DNA from: Acholeplasmataceae bacterium
GTDB taxonomy: Bacteria > Bacillota_I > Bacilli_A > Acholeplasmatales > Acholeplasmataceae
Assembly (NCBI GenBank): GCA_963667565.1
Contig: OY763415.1
Location: 224,001 to 288,000, forward strand
Length of the DNA stretch: 64,000 nucleotides
Direction of reading: 5' to 3'
The notes below the pieces were generated by a model, which was not told the DNA's origin, ran no database searches, and worked only from the letters and a program-made list of their open reading frames with translations. This document shows positions 19,155 through 29,739 of this stretch, in pieces; positions within the stretch are counted from its first letter, which is position 1; the number at the start of each line of letters is the position of its first letter. Both the position numbers and the translations under genes were made by a program.

Positions 19155-22100
19155 ATGCTCTATGAACACTATGAGAGACGCGTCATCAGAAATCTCTCAA
19201 TACTTAAGTTTTTACAAAAGCATAAATTTAAATTATTAGCAATCTTAGCGGTTGTTTTCTTAGCGTTGTCTTTATTTAGTGTGACAAAAGGAAATATATA
19301 TGATGTTAACATACCTGAGACATTTACGTTTGGTGAAGACATCAATATTTCATCTAAAGCGTTGTTTTCAAAAGTGACTTATTTATATCAATTAGATGGT
19401 AGTGATACTTGGACAGATGAAGTACCACTAAGAGCAGGTACTTATCATGTGAAGATTATTTCTAATGAAGTATTTAATAAAACAAATGAAGAAGTCTATA
19501 CATTTACGATCATACCTAAATCAATTCAGTTATCCATAATTTCCAATGATGTTGAATTTGGAAGCGACCCAGTGTTAGTTGGTGATCTCTATGAAGGTGA
19601 CTATATTTATGATGCTATTTTTGTCTATGAAGACTTAAGTCAAAGTGTGACACAAGTTAATCTATTTTCTGTTGTTATTAAAGATCAGCAAGGTTTAGAT
19701 GTGACAAGTTCTTATGATTTGAGTTTTCAAACACATGAAATCAATATCATAGCAAGACAAATCACTATAAAACCACTTGATGTTACAAAATCATATGATG
19801 GTTATCTTTTAACCACTAGTGAAGTTGAAGTTATCAGTGGTACTTTGCTTGAAGGGCATGAAATGGTCTTTACATCAACAGGTGAAATTACCAATGTTGG
19901 AAGTGTGATAAGCTCAATTAATGATATTCATATCTATGATGGTGATGTCGATGTCACATCAAATTACGCGATTACACTTGAAACTGGTACGCTTGAAATA
20001 AGTGCTCAAGAAATTAAAGTAGAATCAGCTAGTGCATCTAAGGTCTATGATGGTACGACACTGAGTGCACCATCATTTGAAGTGATAGAAGGATCCATCT
20101 CAAATTTAGAAACTGCTACAATATTAACATATCAAGAGATGATTGATGTATCAGTTGAAACAAATGATATCACAATCATGATTAGAAATCAAAATCAAGA
20201 GGATGTAACATCTAATTATCTCATCACTTATGTATATGGGGCGTTAGAAGTTACTCAAAGAGCTATTAGTGTACAAACAGCATCAGATCAAAAAGATTAT
20301 GATTCAACAGAATTAAGTAATACCAATTTGACACTTTTAGAAGGTAGTTTAGCTGATGGGGATCATATAAGTGTCACCGAGTTTTCATCGATTATTGAAA
20401 CAGGTGTCATTGATAATATATTATCTATAAAAATTTATAATCAAGAACAAGTTGATGTAACTGATAACTACTTGATTACATATAGTTACGGTCAACTTGA
20501 AATCATTTCATATGTCTTTGTTATTAAACCAACAGATGTATCAAAAGTCTATGACGGTACACCTTTAACCAATCAAGAGGTAGAGGTAGTTTTTGGTAGT
20601 CTACCTTCAGGGTATCATATTGAAATAGAGACGATAGGTAGCCAAATTAATGCAGGTATTTCACAAAATGAGATTATAGCCGCTAAAATATATCACGACA
20701 TAGAAGATGTAACAAGTTCTTATGATATCAGATTTGAAGTTGGATTATTAGAAGTAACTAAACGCGCGATTGTGATTCAACCATCTTATGCGACAAAAAC
20801 ATATGATGGATTTGCATTAACAAGTAATGAAGGAGAAACAATATCTCCATTAGGTCTCATCTTAGATCATGTAATTATTTTAGAAACACAAGGGTCTCAA
20901 ACTTTTGTTGGAATAAGTAGTAATCTGATTATGAGTGCACATATTTTTAATGGTGATGTTGATGAGACAGATAACTATGAAATAGCTTATCAAGAAGGTT
21001 TACTTGAAGTTACACCAAGGCCCATCACGATTGAATCTGTAAGTGATTTTCATATCTATGATGGACAAAACTTTACCAATAGTGATTATCAAATCATTTC
21101 AGGTTCACTTGTTGAAGGTGACTATGTCAATGTGATTCATCAAGAAAGTATGATAAATGTAGGTAGTATATTAAATGTGATTGAAGTGAGCATTTTAAAT
21201 CAAAATATGATTGATCAAAGTGATCAATATGATATCACCATTTTATATGGAACTTTAGAAGTTACACCAAGACCGATTACGATTGAAACTGCAAGTGATT
21301 CTAAAATTTATGATGGTACACCTTTATTCAATACAACGTACCAAATAGTTACAGGTACACTTTTATATGGACACCAGGAAAGTATTATTTCTTATACATC
21401 AATAACCAATACAGGTAGTGTTTCTAATGAACTGGGTATACAAATTTTTAATGAACAAAACCAAGATGTAACGTATAACTATGACATCTCTTTTGTTCAT
21501 GGAACTTTAGAAGTCACTGCGAAAAGTATTGTGGTTGCTACTGCAAATCAGACTAAAATCTATGATGGCATTGCGCTATATAATCAAAATTTTGCGATTG
21601 TTTCAGGTTCACTTTATCAAGGTGAAACGATGCAAGTTTTATCATATACTGAACAACTCAACAGTGGTTCTTCAGATAATGTTTTAGATATTCAAATCTT
21701 AGATCAAGATTTAAATGATATTTCTAACAATTATCAAATCACTTATGTTTATGGCACATTGACAGTAACACCAAGACCAATCACATTTGAAACACTAAGT
21801 GATACAAAAACTTATGATGGCATTGCCTTATCAAATCAGCATTTTAATATCATATCAGGTTCACTGATTGGCCAAGACCAAGGTATTGTCTTAACTTATA
21901 GTGAAATTTTACATGTAGGTGTCATCCAAAATGATTTAATGATTTCAATTGTTAATGAATCATTAGAGGATGTGACATTTAATTATCAAATTACATATTT
22001 ATATGGTCAGTTAGAAGTTACACCTAAAGAAATCACTGTAGTTACTGCAAGTGATTCTAAAATTTATGATGGTACACCACTTTATAACACCACATATGAT

Positions 22101-25100
22101 GTCATTGGAGATGGCTTCATTGCTGGTGATATACTTTATGTCTTAACATATAGTGAAATCATTCATGTAGGCATGATTGATAATGTTTTTACTTATCAAG
22201 TTCTTGATTCAAATGATAACGATATATCAAATGATTATATCATCACATTTGAAGCTGGTACTTTAGAAATCACACCAACACCATTAACCATTGAAACTGC
22301 AAGTGATATAAAGATTTATGATGGACTTATGTTTTTCAACAAAGATTATCAAATCTTAACTGGAAATATATTACTAGACCATCATTTGGAAGTTTCATCG
22401 TATACATCCATGATGAATGTAGGTGTTTTATCAAATCAATTAACTCTTAATGTGATTGATTCAAATCAACAAAATGTAAGTTATAATTATGAAATCACTT
22501 ATCAATATGGAACCTTAGAAATTACACCAAGACCACTTGTAATTTTAACGGCATCAGATCAAAAAGCATATGATGGTACGCCACTTTATAACATTGGCTT
22601 TGATGTCATCGAAGGTAGTCTTGTAGGAAGTGATCAGATTAATGTATCCAATTTTACAAGTATTACCAACTATGGGTCAGTTGATAATGTTTTAACACTC
22701 ATCATTTTAAATTCGACAAATCAAAATGTTACAACTAATTATGTGATTTCATATCAATATGGAACGTTAGAGATATACTCAACTGACTTAACGATTAAAC
22801 CAGCTGATGCGACTCAAATGTATGATGGTTCTCTACTTGAATCAAATCAAGCTGAAATTGTATCAGGAGTGTTACCTGATGGCGTCTCAATTGTGATTAC
22901 CACGTCACAATCGATTACAGATGTTTCAAGTGTGACCAATGAAATTTTAACAGCAACACTTTACAAAGATGGTCAAGATATTACTGATTCATTTAATATT
23001 TATTTTGAAACTGGAACATTAGAAGTCACACCTAGAACAATAACGGTCCAACCAGTGTTTGCTTCTAAGGTCTATGATGGTACAGCACTTACATCAGATT
23101 TAGTCAAAGTTACAAGTGAAACAGGACTTGTATTAAATCATGTCATGATACCGACAACTTTTGGTAGTCAAACAGACATTGGTGAAAGTGATAATGTGAT
23201 TACCCATTTGGTCATTTTAGAAAATGATATCGATGTGACATCAAATTATGATGTTACATATTTAGTGGGTACTCTAAGGGTATCTATGAGATCAATGTCA
23301 ATCGAAACACAAAGTGAAACCAAAGTCTATGATGGACTTCCATTGACAAACGATTTATATCAAATCACAGAAGGTAGTCTTTTAGATGGTGATGTTTTAG
23401 TATTGATAGATGATTCATCAATCACAGAAGTTGGATTTATTGACAATGTATTAACATTTATCATCTTAAATAGTCAAAATGAAGATGTAACAAGTCTTTA
23501 TGATATTGGATATACTTATGGTATGTTGCAAATCCAATCCATCACCATTAAAGTAACGACTGCAAATGATATCAAAGTCTATGATGGAACACCGCTTACA
23601 AATTCAAACTGGACTTTAACTTCTGGGAATGTTCTTGATGGTCATGAACTTATCATTACCGTAACAGGTACGATTACAGAAGTAGGTAGAGTATTTAATA
23701 CATTTGATTATGTGATTATAGATCAAAATTCACTCAATGTGACAAGCAACTATACAGTCATAAAAAATGTAGGCACGTTAGAGATTGTCTCTGATAAACA
23801 AGTTATAACCATAGAAACTGATAGTGACACTAAAATCTATGATGGGACACCTTTGACAAATCTTAACTGGACAATCATTGAAGGAGAATTATGGGCTAAC
23901 CATACACTAGAAGTGACTGTAACAGGAACAATTACAGAAGTAGGTTCTATCAATAATACGTTTGATTATGTCATTTATGATGAAAACTTAAATGATGTCA
24001 CTAGTCTTTATTATCAAGTGAATCAAATTTTAGGACAACTCACCATTTTAGATGAAACAAGCAATGGAAATAATCAAGCAACCGATTCTCCAATAAGTAG
24101 TGAAGGAACACTTGAACAACCAACTTCATCTGGTGCATTATTTAAAGTGTATTCAGAGATCTCAGACATGATTTATTTAAGAGATAAGTCATACGGTGAC
24201 TACAATTATTCAGGTTGGGAATCACCACTGCTTTATGAATCACCTTATGGTGTAACTCCACTTGCTTTTCCAGGATTAGCAGCTCAAAATGTATTAACAT
24301 CAACGATGATTCAAATTGAGGCTTCAACACAAGGATTATCTTATTACATCCCTTATTATTCTATCAATGGATTTTATGATAATACCAATGATGTTTATGC
24401 TACTTATGTTTATGGAGAAGGATATAGCATCGATTATTTACCGATTACATCCCTTAACTATCGTCAATTTGATTTATCAGATACAGTCTATAGTGCATAT
24501 GAATTGGCATATAGAAGTTTTGTTTATGATACATATTTACAAATTCCACAAGATACAAAACAAGCATTATTGCAAATTGCATCTAATAATGGTTTAAGTA
24601 GTGATAGTCAAACCATGATAGAAGACGTTCAAAATTATATTCAAAATGCAGCGATATATAATCTAGCATTCCAACCTATTCCAGATGGTGTTGATTATGC
24701 AGTCTATTTCTTGACTGAATCAAGAGAAGGCATTTGTCAACATTTCGCAATGGCTGCAACTTTGATGTATCGTGCACTTGGATTACCTGCAAGATACGTC
24801 ACAGGATTTGCTGTACAAGGTATTGAAAATACATGGGTAGATGTGACTGTGATGCAAGCACATGCTTGGACTGAAGTCTATATTGATGGATTGGGATGGA
24901 TACCAGTAGAAGTAACTGCAGGAGGTGCTGAAGGTACATCAAATAACAACGGTGGTACACCAGTTGATAATCAAACAACAGATAAACCAGTGATTGAGAT
25001 TACATCAGAAAATGACTCAAAAACATATGATGGTACACCACTTATTAATCAAAATTATACGTATACTGGAACACTATTAGAGGGTCATACTTTAGTTGTT

Positions 25101-25778
25101 GATATGTATTCAAGTATCACTGCAGTAGGCGAAACGGAGAATGCATTTAATGTAACGGTTATTGACGATTTTGGTAATGATGTTAGTGATTCATATGATA
25201 TAAGGACAACCTATGGTTTACTGGTTGTCACGCCAAATAATGATAAAACTAATATTGAAATTCAGCTTTTTGATATTGTTGTTTCCTATACAGGTCAAAC
25301 TTATACGATGGGAAGTAACGATTATTGGATTCCATCTAGTAATTTACCTCTTGGATATTCTATCGATTTTGATGTCATCGGTGAAATTACAAATGCAGGT
25401 AAAATTATCACATCAATCGATCGATCTACGATTCGAATATTTGATGAAAATTTAAATGATGTCACAAATCAATATAACATTATATTTTATGATGGTTCGA
25501 TTGAAGTACTTCAAAGAAATTTAACCATCTCATTAATCACCGTAGAAAAATATTATGATGGGTTACCACTAACCTCAGATGTGTTCTATATTTCTCAAGG
25601 ATCACTAATCACTGGTGATGAAGTTACAATCACTGTATCTGGAACAATCACAGACGTTGGTATGACATCAAATAATATCACGAGTGTCATCATATTAAAT
25701 AGTAATGGTGTTGATGTTACTAAGAATTATCATATAACAACCATTAGTGGAAGTCTTATTGTTTTAAGCGAGTCTTAA
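19155..25778 (+). CDS. Giant (2207 aa) N-terminally anchored repeat protein with a transglutaminase-like domain
   Basis: TM near aa 27-43; 17 clear repeats plus about 2 divergent ones, GICQHFA...HAWTEVYIDGLGW, then 3 repeats. Confidence 0.85.
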   Translation: MLYEHYERRVIRNLSILKFLQKHKFKLLAILAVVFLALSLFSVTKGNIYDVNIPETFTFGEDINISSKALFSKVTYLYQLDGSDTWTDEVPLRAGTYHVKIISNEVFNKTNEEVYTFTIIPKSIQLSIISNDVEFGSDPVLVGDLYEGDYIYDAIFVYEDLSQSVTQVNLFSVVIKDQQGLDVTSSYDLSFQTHEINIIARQITIKPLDVTKSYDGYLLTTSEVEVISGTLLEGHEMVFTSTGEITNVGSVISSINDIHIYDGDVDVTSNYAITLETGTLEISAQEIKVESASASKVYDGTTLSAPSFEVIEGSISNLETATILTYQEMIDVSVETNDITIMIRNQNQEDVTSNYLITYVYGALEVTQRAISVQTASDQKDYDSTELSNTNLTLLEGSLADGDHISVTEFSSIIETGVIDNILSIKIYNQEQVDVTDNYLITYSYGQLEIISYVFVIKPTDVSKVYDGTPLTNQEVEVVFGSLPSGYHIEIETIGSQINAGISQNEIIAAKIYHDIEDVTSSYDIRFEVGLLEVTKRAIVIQPSYATKTYDGFALTSNEGETISPLGLILDHVIILETQGSQTFVGISSNLIMSAHIFNGDVDETDNYEIAYQEGLLEVTPRPITIESVSDFHIYDGQNFTNSDYQIISGSLVEGDYVNVIHQESMINVGSILNVIEVSILNQNMIDQSDQYDITILYGTLEVTPRPITIETASDSKIYDGTPLFNTTYQIVTGTLLYGHQESIISYTSITNTGSVSNELGIQIFNEQNQDVTYNYDISFVHGTLEVTAKSIVVATANQTKIYDGIALYNQNFAIVSGSLYQGETMQVLSYTEQLNSGSSDNVLDIQILDQDLNDISNNYQITYVYGTLTVTPRPITFETLSDTKTYDGIALSNQHFNIISGSLIGQDQGIVLTYSEILHVGVIQNDLMISIVNESLEDVTFNYQITYLYGQLEVTPKEITVVTASDSKIYDGTPLYNTTYDVIGDGFIAGDILYVLTYSEIIHVGMIDNVFTYQVLDSNDNDISNDYIITFEAGTLEITPTPLTIETASDIKIYDGLMFFNKDYQILTGNILLDHHLEVSSYTSMMNVGVLSNQLTLNVIDSNQQNVSYNYEITYQYGTLEITPRPLVILTASDQKAYDGTPLYNIGFDVIEGSLVGSDQINVSNFTSITNYGSVDNVLTLIILNSTNQNVTTNYVISYQYGTLEIYSTDLTIKPADATQMYDGSLLESNQAEIVSGVLPDGVSIVITTSQSITDVSSVTNEILTATLYKDGQDITDSFNIYFETGTLEVTPRTITVQPVFASKVYDGTALTSDLVKVTSETGLVLNHVMIPTTFGSQTDIGESDNVITHLVILENDIDVTSNYDVTYLVGTLRVSMRSMSIETQSETKVYDGLPLTNDLYQITEGSLLDGDVLVLIDDSSITEVGFIDNVLTFIILNSQNEDVTSLYDIGYTYGMLQIQSITIKVTTANDIKVYDGTPLTNSNWTLTSGNVLDGHELIITVTGTITEVGRVFNTFDYVIIDQNSLNVTSNYTVIKNVGTLEIVSDKQVITIETDSDTKIYDGTPLTNLNWTIIEGELWANHTLEVTVTGTITEVGSINNTFDYVIYDENLNDVTSLYYQVNQILGQLTILDETSNGNNQATDSPISSEGTLEQPTSSGALFKVYSEISDMIYLRDKSYGDYNYSGWESPLLYESPYGVTPLAFPGLAAQNVLTSTMIQIEASTQGLSYYIPYYSINGFYDNTNDVYATYVYGEGYSIDYLPITSLNYRQFDLSDTVYSAYELAYRSFVYDTYLQIPQDTKQALLQIASNNGLSSDSQTMIEDVQNYIQNAAIYNLAFQPIPDGVDYAVYFLTESREGICQHFAMAATLMYRALGLPARYVTGFAVQGIENTWVDVTVMQAHAWTEVYIDGLGWIPVEVTAGGAEGTSNNNGGTPVDNQTTDKPVIEITSENDSKTYDGTPLINQNYTYTGTLLEGHTLVVDMYSSITAVGETENAFNVTVIDDFGNDVSDSYDIRTTYGLLVVTPNNDKTNIEIQLFDIVVSYTGQTYTMGSNDYWIPSSNLPLGYSIDFDVIGEITNAGKIITSIDRSTIRIFDENLNDVTNQYNIIFYDGSIEVLQRNLTISLITVEKYYDGLPLTSDVFYISQGSLITGDEVTITVSGTITDVGMTSNNITSVIILNSNGVDVTKNYHITTISGSLIVLSES

Positions 25779-25817
25779 AGATGGTTTGGATGCTTAAGCA
25801 TCAGAAAAGAGGTAATT

Positions 25818-26513
25818 ATGTTTTGGGTTATTATGTCTATATTATTTTTGATTGTTGGAAGTGTTACCTTTATCTTAGCATTTGTGCAATTAAGAAACTT
25901 TAATCATTTTGAAAGTGTAGATATCATATATGAAGAAGATGATTTGATTTCTGAAAATGATGTAAATGGTTATGACAATGAAGTCTATAGAAAAAAACAA
26001 GCGTCATCTGAGACACTTCTTGATTACTATATGATAAGTAGAAAACAAAATCAAACGTATTTAATGACCAAATTTATCAAACCAATCAGTGAGACAACGC
26101 TTGAGATTTTTGTGTTTGATTATGATCAAAAATTGATAAAAAGCATGGTCATTAAATACGTTAAAAAAATAGATAAAACACCGATGATTTTACTCCCTGA
26201 GCATACAGCGTTTGTTAATGTGGATATGAGACATAAGGGATTAGAAAAAACCAAAATTGAAGCTGAAAATGATAAAAAAATACACAAAATAAGCATGATT
26301 TCTATGATTACATCTGTGGGTTTATTTCTTGTATTAATTTCAATTGCATATGGCTTATTAACGCTATTATCTGGAGATTTAAACATGTACATGAACTTGG
26401 CAACAATCTTACTGGGACTCGCTATGATTACAGGTATTTCTATCATTAATTATATAGGCGTGTATTTGTGGATGAAAATGCGTTTTTTGAATGGAAGTGA
26501 TGATCGTGAATAG
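25818..26513 (+). CDS. Membrane protein (1 N-terminal and 2 C-terminal TM helices), unknown function
   Basis: Hydrophobicity pattern; GAGGT RBS. Confidence 0.7.
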   Translation: MFWVIMSILFLIVGSVTFILAFVQLRNFNHFESVDIIYEEDDLISENDVNGYDNEVYRKKQASSETLLDYYMISRKQNQTYLMTKFIKPISETTLEIFVFDYDQKLIKSMVIKYVKKIDKTPMILLPEHTAFVNVDMRHKGLEKTKIEAENDKKIHKISMISMITSVGLFLVLISIAYGLLTLLSGDLNMYMNLATILLGLAMITGISIINYIGVYLWMKMRFLNGSDDRE

Positions 26514-27012
26514 TTACATACTAGACCATAAAGAAAAAACTGAATTTAATAAATCACATCCCATAGAATTTATTGAACACTATATGTTTAAAGATGAAAT
26601 ATCTTTAGAAAAATTTATCATTATTAATGTTAAAAATAGAACAGCTGAGGTGTTACAACAAATCACTATTGACGTTACTGAAATGGATGAAGATTTTGAA
26701 ATTATCGGACATAAACAGTATCAATTTAATGAGATCAATATTGCTGCTTCAGGACAAAAAATGATTTTAGAGAAGATTTCTATCAATCAACATAGTACAG
26801 TCGTCTATGTTGATGTGGTATCGACAAAATCAAATGATGTTATTTGGACAAATGAACACTTAGAAGTTTTTGATCAAGATGAAAACGAAGGATTTTTAAA
26901 TGCAAATATGTTGTCTCATCATAAAGTTTCATTTCCATTTTTAATTCCTATCTTGTTAACTGTAATTTTTATGATTACAATTGTTTTTATTTTTAAAGTA
27001 TTACACCCATAA
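26491..27012 (+). CDS. C-terminally anchored protein with a probable Ig-like beta-sandwich domain
   Basis: IIINVKN.T...LQQITIDVTEMD pattern; C-terminal TM; overlaps the upstream gene; exact start uncertain. Confidence 0.6.
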   Translation: MEVMIVNSYILDHKEKTEFNKSHPIEFIEHYMFKDEISLEKFIIINVKNRTAEVLQQITIDVTEMDEDFEIIGHKQYQFNEINIAASGQKMILEKISINQHSTVVYVDVVSTKSNDVIWTNEHLEVFDQDENEGFLNANMLSHHKVSFPFLIPILLTVIFMITIVFIFKVLHP

Positions 27013-27030
27013 TGAAAGAGGTTTAAGTCC

Positions 27031-27396
27031 ATGAATTTTTACTATTGTGAATCTTGTCAACAAATATCTTTTCATATCGTTGATAAAGACCATCACATCA
27101 CTTGCTGTGATGAAGAAATGCGATTACTTATCCCTAATGAAGATAAAGAAGAAAATAAAGAGCATCATATCAATTTAAGAAAAGTAGGCAATTTTCTTAG
27201 TATAACTATAGGTGATGCACATCAAATGATTGATGTTCATCATATCGAGTTTATTGTTTTAGAGACAAATCAAGGAATGCAATTAAAAAAATTAAGTGAT
27301 ATGGCACAAGCAAGTTTTATTCTAGATCATCTTGAAGATATCATAAGTGTTTATGCCTATTGTAATCTTCATGGATTATTCAAACTAAGTCTTTAA
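27031..27396 (+). CDS. Desulfoferrodoxin / superoxide reductase-like protein
   Basis: CxxC...CC centre I; H, HQM, HHIEFI and CNLHG centre II ligands. Confidence 0.85.
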   Translation: MNFYYCESCQQISFHIVDKDHHITCCDEEMRLLIPNEDKEENKEHHINLRKVGNFLSITIGDAHQMIDVHHIEFIVLETNQGMQLKKLSDMAQASFILDHLEDIISVYAYCNLHGLFKLSL

Positions 27397-27418
27397 TTAA
27401 AAAAAGGTATGTAGAAAT

Positions 27419-28033
27419 CTACATATCTTTTTCATTTACAAAAGGGTTATTCTTTTTTTCATGTAAAATATCTGTTGGACGTCCATGCCCTGGATAAACG
27501 CGTGTTTGATTAGGAATAAGTTTATAAAGTTTTTTTACACTTGAAATAAGCGTATCATAATCAGCATAAGGAATATCTGTTCGACCAATCGTTTGGAAAA
27601 ACAAGGTATCTCCAGAAAATAAAACGCCAAGGTCATCTATATAACAAACAGTTCCACCTTCTGAATGTCCAGGTGTATCATAAAACTTAAGTGAAAGGTC
27701 TTGCCATTGAAGTTCAAAGGGTTCCTTGAAATATTGGTCAACTGGTGTTTGATATCCTAATTTTTGAATTGCATATTCGTCTAACCAAAATTTATCTTTA
27801 ATGGGTGCATACACCAAAGGTTGGTATCGTTCTTTGAGTTGTTTAACACCACCGATATGATCATAATGACCATGAGTAATATAAATAAAATCAAGTGTTA
27901 ATCCATGGTCATCAATAAATGATGATATAAGATCATTTTCAAATCCTGGATCAACAACAAAACAGTTGGTTTCATTAAAAACGATATATGCATTGCTTCT
28001 TAAATTGCCTAAAACGAATTTTTGTATTTGCAT
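27419..28033 (-). CDS. MBL-fold metallo-hydrolase (glyoxalase II-like)
   Basis: THGHYDHIGG, TPGHS, FSGDTLF, PGHG. Confidence 0.92.
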   Translation of the reverse strand: MQIQKFVLGNLRSNAYIVFNETNCFVVDPGFENDLISSFIDDHGLTLDFIYITHGHYDHIGGVKQLKERYQPLVYAPIKDKFWLDEYAIQKLGYQTPVDQYFKEPFELQWQDLSLKFYDTPGHSEGGTVCYIDDLGVLFSGDTLFFQTIGRTDIPYADYDTLISSVKKLYKLIPNQTRVYPGHGRPTDILHEKKNNPFVNEKDM

Positions 28034-28130
28034 TTTTCAACTTCCTTTAACAAAAAATATTATATAGCATTTCATAAGAATTATAAAGTGAAAAGCAGTA
28101 TAATATATAGGTGGAAAGGGGAGATGTTAT

Positions 28131-29060
28131 ATGGCTAACATTTATAACAGCTACATAGAACTCGTTGGTAATACACCTTTACTTAGATTACATCAATATG
28201 AAAAAGAAGTTGGTGCATTTGCACAAATTATTGTGAAACTAGAAAACTTTAATCCTCTAGGCAGTATTAAAGATAGACTCGCTAAAGCGCTTATCGAATC
28301 TATCGAAGAAAAGGGATTAGTAACCAAGCAAACAAAATTTGTTGAACCTACAAGTGGTAACACAGGTATTGGGCTTGCATTTATTTGTGCAGCAAAACAA
28401 TATGATTTAACTTTAATTATGCCAGAAAGTGTCTCAAATGAACGTAAGCAAATCGTTAAAGCACTTGGGGCAAAACTGATTTTAACTGATCGAACTAAAG
28501 GTATGAAAGGGTCTATTGCAAAAGCAGAAGAATTGCTAAAAGAAGATCCTAATTATATCATGCCTATGCAATTTGAGAATTTGGCTAATCCTGAAATACA
28601 TAGAAAAACAACTGCATTAGAAATACTAAGAGATATGGATAATAATCTTGATTTCTTTGTTGCTGGCGTTGGTACTGGTGGTACGATTACTGGAACTGGA
28701 GAAATATTAAAAAGACACATTGATGGACTTAAAGTCATCGCTGTTGAACCTGCTGGTTCGCCAGTATTATCAAAAGGATATGCAGGATCAAGTAAAATTC
28801 AAGGTATTGGTGCTGGATTTATTCCAGGTGTACTAAATACAGATATCTATGATGAAGTGGCTGCAGTTGAAGATCAAGATGCTTTTGATACAGCAAGATT
28901 ACTTGCAAAAACAGAAGGTGTATTCTCTGGCATTTCTGCAGGTGCTGCATTATATGCTGCAACAAAAATAGCACAAAAAGAAGAAAATAAAGGAAAGAAA
29001 ATTGTCGTGATTATTCCTGATACAGGTGAACGATATTTATCTACGGAGTTATATCAATGA
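28131..29060 (+). CDS. cysK: Cysteine synthase A
   Basis: NPLGSIKDR (PLP lysine), EPTSGNTG, GVGTGGT, IQGIGAG, PDTGERYLST. Confidence 0.96.
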   Translation: MANIYNSYIELVGNTPLLRLHQYEKEVGAFAQIIVKLENFNPLGSIKDRLAKALIESIEEKGLVTKQTKFVEPTSGNTGIGLAFICAAKQYDLTLIMPESVSNERKQIVKALGAKLILTDRTKGMKGSIAKAEELLKEDPNYIMPMQFENLANPEIHRKTTALEILRDMDNNLDFFVAGVGTGGTITGTGEILKRHIDGLKVIAVEPAGSPVLSKGYAGSSKIQGIGAGFIPGVLNTDIYDEVAAVEDQDAFDTARLLAKTEGVFSGISAGAALYAATKIAQKEENKGKKIVVIIPDTGERYLSTELYQ

Positions 29061-29572
29061 AAAAATTAGAATGCACAATTAAAGATGTACGTGCAGCAAA
29101 ACTCTATGATCCAGCAGCACCTTGCTGCTTCATGGTTTACTTTACCTATCCAGGTGTGATTGCTTTAAGAAGACATAGAAGAGCACATAAACTTTGGGAA
29201 AAAGGCAGACTTAATTTAGCAAGATGGATCAGCTATCGAACAAGAAGAATAACAGGTATCGATATTCATCCAGGTGCAAAAATTGGAACAGGTGTATTTA
29301 TTGATCATGGTATGGGTACAGTGATTGGAGAAACTGCAGTGATTGGTGATGCATGTGTTATCTATCATGGTGTTACATTAGGCGCAAATACATTTGAGAA
29401 AGTTGATCGTCATCCTAAATTAGGTAATGGTGTCATCGTATATGCAGGAGCAACCCTTATTGGACCTATCCACATTGGCGATAATAGTGTGATTGCAGCT
29501 GGTGCAGTTGTCGTAAAAGATGCTCCAGCACATAGTAAACTTAAAGGTGTACCTGCCCATCATTTTTCATAA
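29057..29572 (+). CDS. cysE: Serine O-acetyltransferase (short form)
   Basis: DPAA, TGIDIHPGAKIG, FIDHGMG, RHP, hexapeptide repeats. Confidence 0.92.
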   Translation: MKKLECTIKDVRAAKLYDPAAPCCFMVYFTYPGVIALRRHRRAHKLWEKGRLNLARWISYRTRRITGIDIHPGAKIGTGVFIDHGMGTVIGETAVIGDACVIYHGVTLGANTFEKVDRHPKLGNGVIVYAGATLIGPIHIGDNSVIAAGAVVVKDAPAHSKLKGVPAHHFS

Positions 29573-29582
29573 AAATAAAAGT

Positions 29583-29611
29583 AAAACCACATCAAAAGAT
29601 GTGGTTTTTTT
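29583..29611 (+). terminator. Intrinsic terminator
   Basis: AAAACCACATC-AAAA-GATGTGGTTTT followed by a T run. Confidence 0.85.
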
Positions 29612-29739
29612 ATCTTTATAAAGGTAACAAGTGACTATTTATAATAAATAGATTTCCAAATTAGAAACTATTTCTTTTATTTTGATTTTACAATATCTAA
29701 TATCATAAAATGAAGATACAAATAGCAAAGGGAGGATTT

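Noticed and set aside
15700..25770. Periodic ~250-bp DNA motifs (e.g. AAAGTCTATGATGG) as a CRISPR-like array
   Set aside because: They are degenerate, in frame and fully explained by protein repeats; no cas genes are present.
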